A DNA stretch of 64,000 bases, taken from positions 694,286 to 758,285 of the forward strand of contig NIVC01000225.1 in NCBI GenBank assembly GCA_002269645.1. The letters are read 5' to 3'. This DNA comes from Macrostomum lignano. Its lineage: Eukaryota. Shown here one piece after another: positions 44,415-55,301 of this stretch. The notes below the pieces were generated by a model that was not told the origin of the DNA, ran no database searches, and saw nothing but the letters and a program-made list of their open reading frames with translations. The first letter of the stretch is position 1. Every line of letters starts with the position of its first letter. The translations under genes and the position numbers were made by a program.

Positions 44415-45673
44415 TCTTACTAGGTAAAGTATTAGTATGCCTTGCAAAGTTATTCTGTCTAAAGACACTGAAGTAGTTTTGTCGCAGATCTGTTGCATTG
44501 GCTTCTGTGCACACGAAACGCTAACTATACATGTACATGTCTTCATGTATATCCATAACGCTTAAAGTTCACCTCCAATGCTCTTTCTAAGGATTTTAAA
44601 CGCCTTGAATTCCAGAGATGGTAAATAGGGTTTACAGCGGCCCTGACAGCCTGACTTTCTCGTCATTAAGTCAGCCAATTTAAGTCCTTGTTAGCGCCTG
44701 TCTCTTGGTGTGCGGCGGGCGCCCTTGTCCCTTGGTTGGCGTCCCTATATCTCTGTCTCTTGGTGAGCGCTCCTATTCCTGTCTCTTGGTGTGCGTCCCT
44801 GTCCTTTGGTGGGCGCCCCTGTCTCTTGGTGGGCGTCCCTGTCTCTTGGTGAGCACCCCTGTCTCTTGGTGGGCGTCCCTGTCTCTTGGTGAGCACCCTT
44901 TGTCTCTTGGTGGGCGTCCCTGTCTATATTCCTGGGACGCCCACCATATATGTAAGTCAACCTACATGTATATAGAAGTTCGACTTATATCAGCCCTTGT
45001 CTCTTGGTTGGCGCCCCTGTCTCTTGGTTGGCGCCCCTGTCTCTTGGTTGGCGCCCCTGTCTCTTGGTTGGCGCCCCTGTCTCTTGGTTGGCGCCCCTGT
45101 CTCTTGGTTGGCGCCCCTGTCTCTTGGTTGGCGCCCCTGTCTCTTGGTTGGCGCCCCTGTCTCTTGGTTGGCGCCCCTGTCTCTTGGTTGGCGCCCCTGT
45201 CTCTTGGTGAGCGCTCCTACCTTCGTCTCTTAGACGGGTGGATCGTGGATGTCACTCACATCCAAGAAAGATCTAGCAAAAAGTTTGGCTCCTGTCATTC
45301 GTCGAAAACCTCTGACGAAATGGATAAGCCTGTTTTATTTAGGTGCAATCTGACCCTCAGCATACGCCAAGCTGCTTAAACTCTATAATAAAATCTCATA
45401 TACTGTAAAGTCAAGAATCTAAGGAATATACGGTAGTTACAATAGTTGACTTATATCAGCTCACCGGAACAGCTGTAGGTCAATAGCAAAGTCATTATCA
45501 AACCAAATAAGCTGGTTATATACACGCAAGTAGTGCCAACAAATGCCGATTGTTGAAACGGCTGCCTGCTGGGCGCCATCAATCAGGTTTTTTAGTTGAG
45601 AGTACAACTTGGCTGTCTTGCAAGAAAATAATCTGACAGTAGGTACCGGATCCTCTGGGAGACTCAACCAGAA
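44415..45673 (-). CDS. Putative small exons inside duplication copy A (product unknown; possibly upstream exons of the Ig-like gene)
   Basis: A candidate phase-compatible chain is 45673-45465 (FWLSLPEDPVP...DLQLFR, donor GTGAGC), 45329-45260 (donor GTGAGT), 44650-44573 (AVRAAVNPIYHLWNSRRLKSLERALE) and ~44499-44415 (KPMQQICDK..., donor GTAAGA). No family motif was recognised, so this could be over-fitted. Confidence 0.35.
44690..45210. repeat. 20-bp minisatellite (CTCTTGGTTGGCGCCCCTGT) with degenerate upstream copies, copy A
   Basis: There are 10 perfect units at 45001-45200. Confidence 0.97.
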
Positions 45674-46409
45674 CTGAACGATATAAAAAGTAAAAAGAAG
45701 ATGATCCAAGCTTCTAATAGAACAGCGACAGAAAAAGAAGCAGAATGGAGGAGGTAAGGCAGACTTTTCTATCCTATATAACGATTGGTTGTCAGGGCCG
45801 CTGAGAGATGAGGCTTTTCCTGAGCGCCAAGGGGGTCGCTCGCCCTCCCCCATCGGTCGCCCACTTGCACTATGCAGTCAGTCAACGACCAATACGAATT
45901 GAGTCGGGGCAGGAGAAAAATATAAATCTTCATTTGGAATTTCTTCCAACAGAGAGACTGGTTGGAGGGGGACTTGAAACTGATATCCCTTACCGAGAGC
46001 TCGAAGCCCGAGCTGCTGAAGGGAAAACCAATAGGAAGAGCTGCGAGAGAAGATGAGCAATTCCCAGAAAAATGGCTTCAGGACTTTACCAACACTAAAA
46101 TAGTATATTATATATACATATATACTTTCAGTACTGATTTATATAGACCGATATTGGAAGTCAATCGATAAAGAAAGTAAGCTCATAGGATTAACCAATC
46201 TCAAGGCTCAGCTCACACTTCAGTATTTTCATGTGAAAACGCTGCACTCTAACCTTTCATGACAGACGGCGGGTCGCTTGCTGATCCCAAAAAAAATAAT
46301 TCCCCAACTTCCAGTGCATTGGAAACACAAGAAGTACGCACAGACCTTCAACCATTAAATTTTATAAACACGAATTGCCTTGGCCCCAACCTAAAAAACT
46401 CAAAAAATA

Positions 46410-47122
46410 TCAACAAGGAGCGGTGGTGGCCCCAAAGAATCACAGGAAAGGTGGTGGCTCCAAAGAATCACAGGAGCGGTGGTGGCCCTAAAAGGATCAC
46501 AAGGAACGGTGGTGGCCTCAAAGAATCACAGGGAAGGTGGTGGCCACAAAAGATAAACAGGGAACGGTGGTGGCCTCAAAGAATCACAGGGAAGGTGGTG
46601 GCCCCAAAGAATCACAGGGAAGGTGGTGGCCCTAAAAGATAAACAGGGAACGGTGGTGGCCCCAAAGAATCACAGGGAAGGTGGTGGCCCCAAAAGATAA
46701 ACAGGGAACGGCGGTGGCCCCAAAAGAATCACAGGGAACGGTGGTGGCCCCAAAAGGATCACAGGGAACGGTGGTGGCCCCAAAAGGATCACAGGGAACG
46801 GTGGTGGCCCCAAAAGGATCACAGGGAACGGTGGTGGCCCCAAAAGGATCACAGGGAACGGCATTGGGCCCCAAAGAAATACAGGAAACCGTGATGGCCC
46901 CAAAGATTCACATGGAACAGTGCTGGCCCCAAAAGGATCACAGGGAACGGTGGTGGCCCCAAAAGGATCACAGGGAACGGCATTGGGCCCCAAAGAAATA
47001 CAGGAAACCGTGATGGCCCCAAAGATTCACATGGAACAGTGCTGGCCCCAAAAGGATCACAGGGAACGGTGGTGGCCCCAAAAGGATCACAGGGAACGGT
47101 GGTGGCCCCAAAAGGATCACAG
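46410..47122. repeat. 30-bp minisatellite, array 2 (junction between the duplication copies)
   Basis: Directly visible. Confidence 0.96.
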
Positions 47123-50100
47123 AAAGCGATGGCCGTGTCACCAAAGGAACGCTGCTGGCTCAAATAGAAACGGCAAAGTAATTTTTTGGCCCAGAAAAAG
47201 CTGCTTTTATGGCCAGTGAAAAGACGGTGCACTAATATCCCTTTTGAAGGACGACTTTGTAAAGAGTAAAAAAATGACGCGGTCAGGTTTGTTTTGTAAA
47301 AATACAGTCGATTGATATCTTTATTGCAGACATAACTTTAGCCAGTAAATTCATTATAAGCACTCTAAATACAACCTGGACACCAGATGCCAAACAAACT
47401 TTATATACGCTATTTTTTTTTCAGGCCACTTGATAGGCCTGCAATTTCTTGTTTTGGTCCACTACACCAAAATTGCTGACTTTATATAGGGAAGACAATG
47501 TTTATACCGCAGTCAAATCATTGTGGACATTGTGAACTTTTGTTGCCCAAAAAGAAGTACCTGCATTCTTACTAGGTAAAGTATTAGTATGCCTTGCAAA
47601 GTTATTCTGTCTAAAGACACTGAAGTAGTTTTGTCGCAGATCTGTTGCATTGGCTTCTGTGCACACGAAACGCTAACTATACATGTACATGTCTTCATGT
47701 ATATCCATAACGCTTAAAGTTCACCTCCAATGCTCTTTCTAAGGATTTTAAACGCCTTGAATTCCAGAGATGGTAAATAGGGTTTACAGCGGCCCTGACA
47801 GCCTGACTTTCTCGTCATTAAGTCAGCCAATTTAAGTCCTTGTTAGCGCCTGTCTCTTGGTGTGCGGCGGGCGCCCTTGTCCCTTGGTTGGCGTCCCTAT
47901 ATCTCTGTCTCTTGGTGAGCGCTCCTATTCCTGTCTCTTGGTGTGCGTCCCTGTCCTTTGGTGGGCGCCCCTGTCTCTTGGTGGGCGTCCCTGTCTCTTG
48001 GTGAGCACCCCTGTCTCTTGGTGGGCGTCCCTGTCTCTTGGTGAGCACCCTTTGTCTCTTGGTGGGCGTCCCTGTCTATATTCCTGGGACGCCCACCATA
48101 TATGTAAGTCAACCTACATGTATATAGAAGTTCGACTTATATCAGCCCTTGTCTCTTGGTTGGCGCCCCTGTCTCTTGGTTGGCGCCCCTGTCTCTTGGT
48201 TGGCGCCCCTGTCTCTTGGTTGGCGCCCCTGTCTCTTGGTTGGCGCCCCTGTCTCTTGGTTGGCGCCCCTGTCTCTTGGTGAGCGCTCCTACCTTCGTCT
48301 CTTAGACGGGTGGATCGTGGATGTCACTCACATCCAAGAAAGATCTAGCAAAAAGTTTGGCTCCTGTCATTCGTCGAAAACCTCTGACGAAATGGATAAG
48401 CCTGTTTTATTTAGGTGCAATCTGACCCTCAGCATACGCCAAGCTGCTTAAACTCTATAATAAAATCTCATATACTGTAAAGTCAAGAATCTAAGGAATA
48501 TACGGTAGTTACAATAGTTGACTTATATCAGCTCACCGGAACAGCTGTAGGTCAATAGCAAAGTCATTATCAAACCAAATAAGCTGGTTATATACACGCA
48601 AGTAGTGCCAACAAATGCCGATTGTTGAAACGGCTGCCTGCTGGGCGCCATCAATCAGGTTTTTTAGTTGAGAGTACAACTTGGCTGTCTTGCAAGAAAA
48701 TAATCTGACAGTAGGTACCGGATCCTCTGGGAGACTCAACCAGAACTGAACGATATAAAAAGTAAAAAGAAGATGATCCAAGCTTCTAATAGAACAGCGA
48801 CAGAAAAAGAAGCAGAATGGAGGAGGTAAGGCAGACTTTTCTATCCTATATAACGATTGGTTGTCAGGGCCGCTGAGAGATGAGGCTTTTCCTGAGCGCC
48901 AAGGGGGTCGCTCGCCCTCCCCATCGGTCGCCCACTTGCACTATGCAGTCAGTCAACGACCAATACGAATTGAGTCGGGGCAGGAGAAAAATATAAATCT
49001 TCATTTGGAATTTCTTCCAACAGAGAGACTGGTTGGAGGGGGACTTGAAACTGATATCCCTTACCGAGAGCTCGAAGCCCGAGCTGCTGAAGGGAAAACC
49101 AATAGGAAGAGCTGCGAGAGAAGATGAGCAATTCCCAGAAAAATGGCTTCAGGACTTTACCAACACTAAAATAGTATATTATATATACATATATACTTTC
49201 AGTACTGATTTATATAGACCGATATTGGAAGTCAATCGATAAAGAAAGTAAGCTCATAGGATTAACCAATCTCAAGGCTCAGCTCACACTTCAGTATTTT
49301 CATGTGAAAACGCTGCACTCTAACCTTTCATGACAGACGGCGGGTCGCTTGCTGATCCCAAAAAAAATAATTCCCCAACTTCCAGTGCATTGGAAACACA
49401 AGAAGTACGCACAGACCTTCAACCATTAAATTTTATAAACACGAATTGCCTTGGCCCCAACCTAAAAAACTCAAAAAATATCAACAAGGAGCGGTGGTGG
49501 CCCCAAAGAATCACAGGAAAGGTGGTGGCTCCAAAGAATCACAGGAGCGGTGGTGGCCCTAAAAGGATCACAAGGAACGGTGGTGGCCTCAAAGAATCAC
49601 AGGGAAGGTGGTGGCCACAAAAGATAAACAGGGAACGGTGGTGGCCTCAAAGAATCACAGGGAAGGTGGTGGCCCCAAAGAATCACAGGGAAGGTGGTGG
49701 CCCTAAAAGATAAACAGGGAACGGTGGTGGCCCCAAAGAATCACAGGGAAGGTGGTGGCCCCAAAAGATAAACAGGGAACGGCGGTGGCCCCAAAAGAAT
49801 CACAGGGAACGGTGGTGGCCCCAAAAGGATCACAGGGAACGGTGGTGGCCCCAAAAGGATCACAGGGAACGGTGGTGGCCCCAAAAGGATCACAGGGAAC
49901 GGTGGTGGCCCAAAGAAAAGATCAACAAAGAACGGTGGTGGCCCCAAGAAAAGATCAACAAACAACGGTGGTGGCCCCAAGAAAAGATCAACAAAGAACG
50001 GTGGTGGCCCCAAGAAAAGATCAACAAAGAACGGTGGTGGCCCCAAGAAAAGATCAACAAAGAACGGTGTTGGCCCCAAGAAAAGATCAACAAAGAACGG

Positions 50101-50150
50101 TGGTGGCCCCAAGAAAGGATCAACAAAGAACGGTGGTGGCCCTAAAAATC
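47123..50150. repeat. ~3.1-kb tandem segmental duplication, copy B (ends in 30/33-bp array 3)
   Basis: See copy A. The 20-bp array here has 6 perfect units (48153-48272). The terminal array shifts to a 33-bp variant at ~49910-50150. Confidence 0.97.
47567..48745 (-). CDS. Putative small exons inside duplication copy B (duplicate of 44415-45673)
   Basis: Sequence and splice sites are the same as in copy A. Confidence 0.35.
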
Positions 50151-50889
50151 TGAGAGTAGGTCAGCAGCTTTCAGGCTGATCTGCGATACGTTGTTGGACC
50201 ACAAAAATCCATAAGGCTCTCACTGAGTCTTACCAACATCGTGAAAATAAAGTCAAAGTGAGCTCACAAACGGTTAGTCTTGGCGAATTGCCAGTATTCA
50301 AACATTATTAGCAGGGCTACACATCACAGCTTATTTTATTTTATTTATATTTGATTATTAACTGGCAATCTTCACCCTCGAAATACTACTTACACTAAGA
50401 ATGTTAGTAAGTAGTAAATAAAGAAAATATAGAATTTTAAAGCTACATTTGAACTGAAATTGGCCAGACAACAGAGCCAAGTGTGATAATAAAGCATAAA
50501 TAGCTAGATAAAACTTTGTTTCTGTGTCAAAGTGGACGGACTTGAAAACATCCCATTTTGGACACGGATCATTTGAAGGTCAAGAGCGTTTCATAGAAAG
50601 CTCTGAAGAGAAAAAAACTTCAACAAGGCAACATCGGATCCTGTATTTACTAAAGCGACAGCGATGTTCACAAAAACACTACTGACCAACTTGATGCAGC
50701 AGTAGCGTGTGCTGCAAGTTCATCACCAAAATTTGAGAAAACAGTTATTTTAACAAATCAAAAAACAACTGCAAAATAACTGAAGGCATGCATTTTTATA
50801 TGGAAAAGACCGTATTTTATTCAAATTTTTTAGTAATATAATCTTAGGATTATAATCATCACACCTGACGGAGATTAATTGTCCAAATT

Positions 50890-53800
50890 TCAGTAAAAGT
50901 CCTCGCCGTCTTCGGCTTTGCGACGCCGGTACTCGGCGGCCGCTTCCGGGCCGAGCAGTTCGAGGTCGGCCTCGGACAGAATCACCCCGCGGGGCAGGTA
51001 GCCGATGAGTCTGGAATAGGTTTCAGATTGCAGATTGGAATGAATGCGAATCGGAATTTGGGATTTAAGACTAACGAATCCCCAATCCTACTCAAAGATC
51101 CCCCAAAATCCCCAATCCTACTCAAAGATTCCTTAAGATCCCAAATCCTACTCAAAGATCCCTAAAATCCCCAATCCTACTAAAAGATACCTAAAATCCC
51201 CAATCCAGATCCTTAAAATCCCCAATCCTACTCAAAGATTCCTTAAGATCCCAAATCCTACTCAAAGCTTTCCAAAATCCCCAATACTACTTAAAGATCC
51301 CTAAAATCCCCAATCCTACCTAATGATCCCCCGAATCCCCGATCCTAGTCAAAGATCCCATAAATCCCCGATCCTACCCAAAGATCTCTAAAATCTTCAA
51401 TTCTACTCAAAGATCCCTAAAATCTTCAATCCTACTCAAAGATCCTTTAAAATCCCTAATCCTACTCAAAGATCTCTAAAATCTCCAATTCTACTCAAAG
51501 ATTCCCAAATCCCCAATCCTACTCAAAGATCCCTAAAATCTCCAATTCTACTTAAAGATCCCCAAAATCCCCAATCCTACTCAAAGATCCTTTAAAATCG
51601 CCGATCCTACGAGAACTTAGAGATCCCTAAAATTCCAAAATCTATCCAAATATCCATAAAATCCCTGATGCTATTTAAACAAAGCTTTTTAAAATCCCAA
51701 TCCTATTCAAAGATCTCTAAAATCTCAATCTTACTCAAAGATCCATAAAATCCCCGATCCTACCTAGAAATCCTCAAAAATCCTCAAAAATCCCAATTCC
51801 TATACATAAATCCTCACGTCTCTGAGTTATTAAGTATCCCAAATCCAAAGATTCTCAAACTCTAATCAATTATTTGGGGAGCCAAGATCCCAGCAAAGCC
51901 GACCATCACTTGAAGAAGTTCAGCCGGCTCCCTTGGCAACTCACTTGCTGGCGTGCTCGCGCACGAGCCTCTGCCGCTCCTCCTCCACAATGCGACGTCG
52001 GTACTCCTCCTGCTGGCGCTCCTGCTCCGCCGCAGCGTCCTTGGCCTGGCGCTGCGCCGCGAACGCTGCCCGGCGCTCCTCCAGAAGTCGTTCGACCTCG
52101 CGCTTGTGCTCCGCCTGTTTTAGGCGCCGTTTCTGCGCATTCATCTGCTCTAACCGGTCGTCCTCGGCAAACTTGGCCAGCATCTGCTGCCGGTAGCGCT
52201 CCTCCTCGGCTCGCTCGGCTGCCAGCCGGGCCTCCTTGGCCTCCAGCTGCTGCTCGTGCTGGGCGCGCATCTCCAGCCGCTGTCGGATTCGACGTTCGGC
52301 CTCATCGCGCTCGGCTCGGCGAGCCCGAGCGGCGGCCTCCTCTTCGACGAGCTCTTGGCGAACCTTAGAATGGTTGCGGTGGGCGTCGATTGAATGGTTA
52401 ATTAGACGACGAAGCATATACAGGCTTGGTTACTCTTGCCGTTTACCGTCGAAGTCATATCGGTATTTTGCTAATAATGTGGCGAGGCTTACTTTTTAGC
52501 AACGAAAGGTATAGTTACTCTTGCTGTTTACTTATGCAGACTTTTGCAATATTTTGTTGCTTAAACGACTAACGGGATCAACCCTGGGAGCCAGTAAAAC
52601 AGCTTTCTACTTTCAGTTCAGTAGCAAAGAAGAATACATAAGCTATTTTATAAAAACTAGGCGGCTGAAATGACTTTGATAAGTTTAGAAGCCCAAGCTT
52701 GCAGGCGTAAACAACTTGCTAATTGGTTCAGCAATAATGTACATTGGCCAGTACACTGAAATGTACTGGCCAATGAACACTGAAACACTGAAACTTTAGG
52801 CTGGAATTCCGAGAAAGGCAATAAAATTGGGGCGGGTGGGGGGGTAGTGTGGAAAGGCGCGGTTGGGGGTTTAAGTTGGGTGGGTAAGAGCCAATAAATA
52901 AGCCTTGGCTTTAGAGCCTGAGGCTTTAAAAATACAATAAAATGCTTCTGTTTAACTTACTACTGAACTAACAGTAGCTTACACGCAATTGTGCTGAGTG
53001 GCCTATCTAGTTATTCTACATTTAGTAGCTGTGCCTAAGGGTAAGTGCTACTGCAATCTGATATTATATCTGAGCCTCAAAGTCAACCTGGGTCAACCTG
53101 GAACGAACGAGTTAATGCAAATTTGTCCTTTAAGCAAAACAATTCCAAAGACAAAAGCGTCTCAGAGCCGCCATCTCACGTCTTCCAGCTCCCGTTTGGC
53201 GGCCTCCTCCGCCTGGATGCGAGCGTGCAGCTCCGCCCTGACGCGATCCTGCGCCTCCTCGCGTGCGCGCCTCTCGGCCGCGACGGCCGCCTCGCGAGCG
53301 CCCTGCGACTGAAGGAATCGCTTAATCTTGGCGTTCTCTTCCTCCAATCGGCGCCTTTCAGCCTCCTTCCAGGCGGCGCGTTCCGCTTGGAACTCGCGGA
53401 TGTACTGCTGAGTGGCGTGGCGCTTCTCCATCTCGCGCTGACGCTCGCGCTCGTCTTCGTCGTGCAGCCGGCGGACAATCTCGTCGATCATGAGCTTCTC
53501 TTTGAGGAACTCTGCGTAGGCGGCCTGACGGGCGCGCTCCTGGTCCTCTAGCTGGCGCTCCAGCTGTGCTTGGTACTCGGCCTTCTCCTTGGCCTGATGG
53601 ATTGGCGAGGTTAAGGGGCGACATGTAAATTTAACAATCGAAGCCAGATTAAGAAACATTCAGATCACAGTGGCACAATGTGAGCAGTCGCCCTTAAGGG
53701 GGCATCGCTGCTAGTCCAATATACTAAAATCAATTAACTGCAGTGGTACAATACGAGCAGTCGCCCTTAAGGGGGGCATCGTTGCTAGTCCAATATACTA

Positions 53801-55301
53801 AAATCAATTAACTGCAGTGGTACAATACGAGCAGTCGCCCTTAAGGGGGGCATCGTTGCTAGTCCAATATACTAAAATCAATTAACTGCAGTGGTACAAT
53901 ACGAGCAGTCGCCCTTAAGGGGGGCATCACCGCTAGTCCAATATACTAAAATCAATTAACTGCAGTGGTACAATACGAGCAGTCGCCCTTAATGGGGGCA
54001 TCACCGCTAGTCCAATATACTAAAATCAATTAACTGCAGTGGTTACAATGTGAGCAGTCCCCCTTCAAGGGGTATCGCTGCTAGTCTAAAAATATACAAA
54101 AGAAAACAGAAAATATTTCAAACATATATTGACCTTGATCACCCGGCGCTCTTCGTCAGCCAATTTGGCGCGCTCCGCCTCCTCGGCCATCTGGCGCACA
54201 AGTTCGGCGTCGCCGTGCATCTCGTCGTATTCGCGCGCCCGGCGCTCGGCCATCTGGGCGGCGCGCTCTTTGGCAACGTAGGCGGCGCGCAGTTTGGCTT
54301 CAAGCTCGCGGATTTCAGTGCTGCCTTCGCGAATCTGCGCACAATTGATTTTTTAATAAACATTGATGGACATTGCGCCATTTATAGTAATAATACCCCT
54401 AATGATCAAATAGAAGTAGTACCCACCTGCTGTCGCATCTTCTCGTCTTTTGTGGCCTCTGCTTTGACTCGCTCCAACTGTCTGGCCAGCTGCTCCTCCT
54501 GCTCCCGCTGCCGGTCCCGCATCTGGCGCTCAGCGGCCGCCCGGGATAGGCGCTCGCCCAGCTCCAGCTCCTGGCGCTGCTGCTCAGCTAGGCGGAGTAG
54601 GCGCTTCTTTTCAGTCTGCGCACGTTTTTAGGGCGGTTTTTTAGTGCAAGACTACTTAAAATGGCAGTTAAAGGTAACTTGAAGCTATTTTGGCAAGACG
54701 CTTTAGGACACAAACACACTGGAAGCCCCTAATAAGCACTTCTGAAAAGTGGCTTCATATTTTCGAAAACAAACTTGCTATACAACTCCGACATTTCATA
54801 TCTCCGACACTTCAGTTTACCAGCATCTTTCACAACTCCAAAACCTTATATCTCCATTAGGGTTAAAGCTTTTCGGAGATATGAAATCACCCTACCTCTG
54901 ACACTCCACTTTGGCACCCATAACAGCCACGAACTGGCGCCTTCTAAACTTCCATTCTACCTAGTCTACCAATTTCGCTGACTCCTTGAGCACATACAAG
55001 GGCACCAATAATGTACGCGGGCACGCACTCATACAGGGTGCACAGCGGCCCTGACTTTCTAATCGTCAGGCATGTACACTCTCTGCTGTAAATCGCATGG
55101 CCTATTATTGTGCACACAAAATGCAGCAGCAAACCTGCTCTGCTCCCCCCAGACTGGAACCACACAAACCTTCTCATCATTGTGCAGGGCCTCCTCCGCC
55201 CGCCTGTTATTGAGAATCTCCTTTGTTCGATCCTCGCGAGCCTGCTCTGTGCGCAGCTGCTTTGCCTGCTGCTCTTGGTAGGCTCTGCGCATTGATGCCA
55301 T
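50890..55301 (-). CDS. MNS1: Meiosis-specific nuclear structural protein 1 (ciliary microtubule inner protein, trichoplein-domain coiled coil), 491 aa, 6 exons
   Basis: Exons 55301-55170, 54615-54427, 54334-54134, 53593-53180, 52363-51945 and 51010-50890 (1476 nt, GT-AG, in frame). Motifs match MNS1: DEKMRQQIRE.S.E.RELE.KL.AAY, LKEKLMIDEIVR, MLAKFAEDDR.E.MNAQK.R.KQ.EH.R.VE.L.EERR, EHA.KLIGYLP.GV. Confidence 0.95.
51080..51850. repeat. Degenerate ~30-31-bp minisatellite (CCCAATCCTACTCAAAGATCCCTAAAATC) in the last MNS1 intron
   Basis: Directly visible. Confidence 0.92.
52593..53016 (-). mobile_element. ~400-bp non-autonomous dispersed repeat, copy 2 (MNS1 intron 4)
   Basis: Reverse-complement homologue of 6605-7005 with small indels. 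Confidence 0.8.
53668..54095. repeat. 73-75-bp tandem repeat with an internal palindrome (CCCTTAAGGG), about 5.5-6 copies, MNS1 intron 3
   Basis: GAGCAG anchors at 53682, 53755, 53829, 53903, 53977 and 54052. Confidence 0.95.

Larger units (their letters stand above)
43971..47122. repeat. ~3.1-kb tandem segmental duplication, copy A
   Basis: Matches 47123-~50150 at offset 3152, then 3072 after the 20-bp array (10 vs 6 units), then 3071 after a 1-bp C-run indel. Only a few substitutions were seen. Confidence 0.97.

Noticed and set aside
43236-50153. Pro/Gly-rich ORFs from the 30-bp and 20-bp arrays
   Set aside because: They are repeat-derived, occur on both strands in multiple frames and have no consistent start or splice context.
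53715-53735. ATATACTAAAAT match to the U6 snRNA 5' region within the 74-bp repeat
   Set aside because: It is only 12 nt and AT-rich. The flanking U6 sequence (including the ACAGAGA box) is absent.
51874-54631. Plus-strand ORFs overlapping MNS1 exons
   Set aside because: They are antisense shadows of very GC-rich coiled-coil codons.
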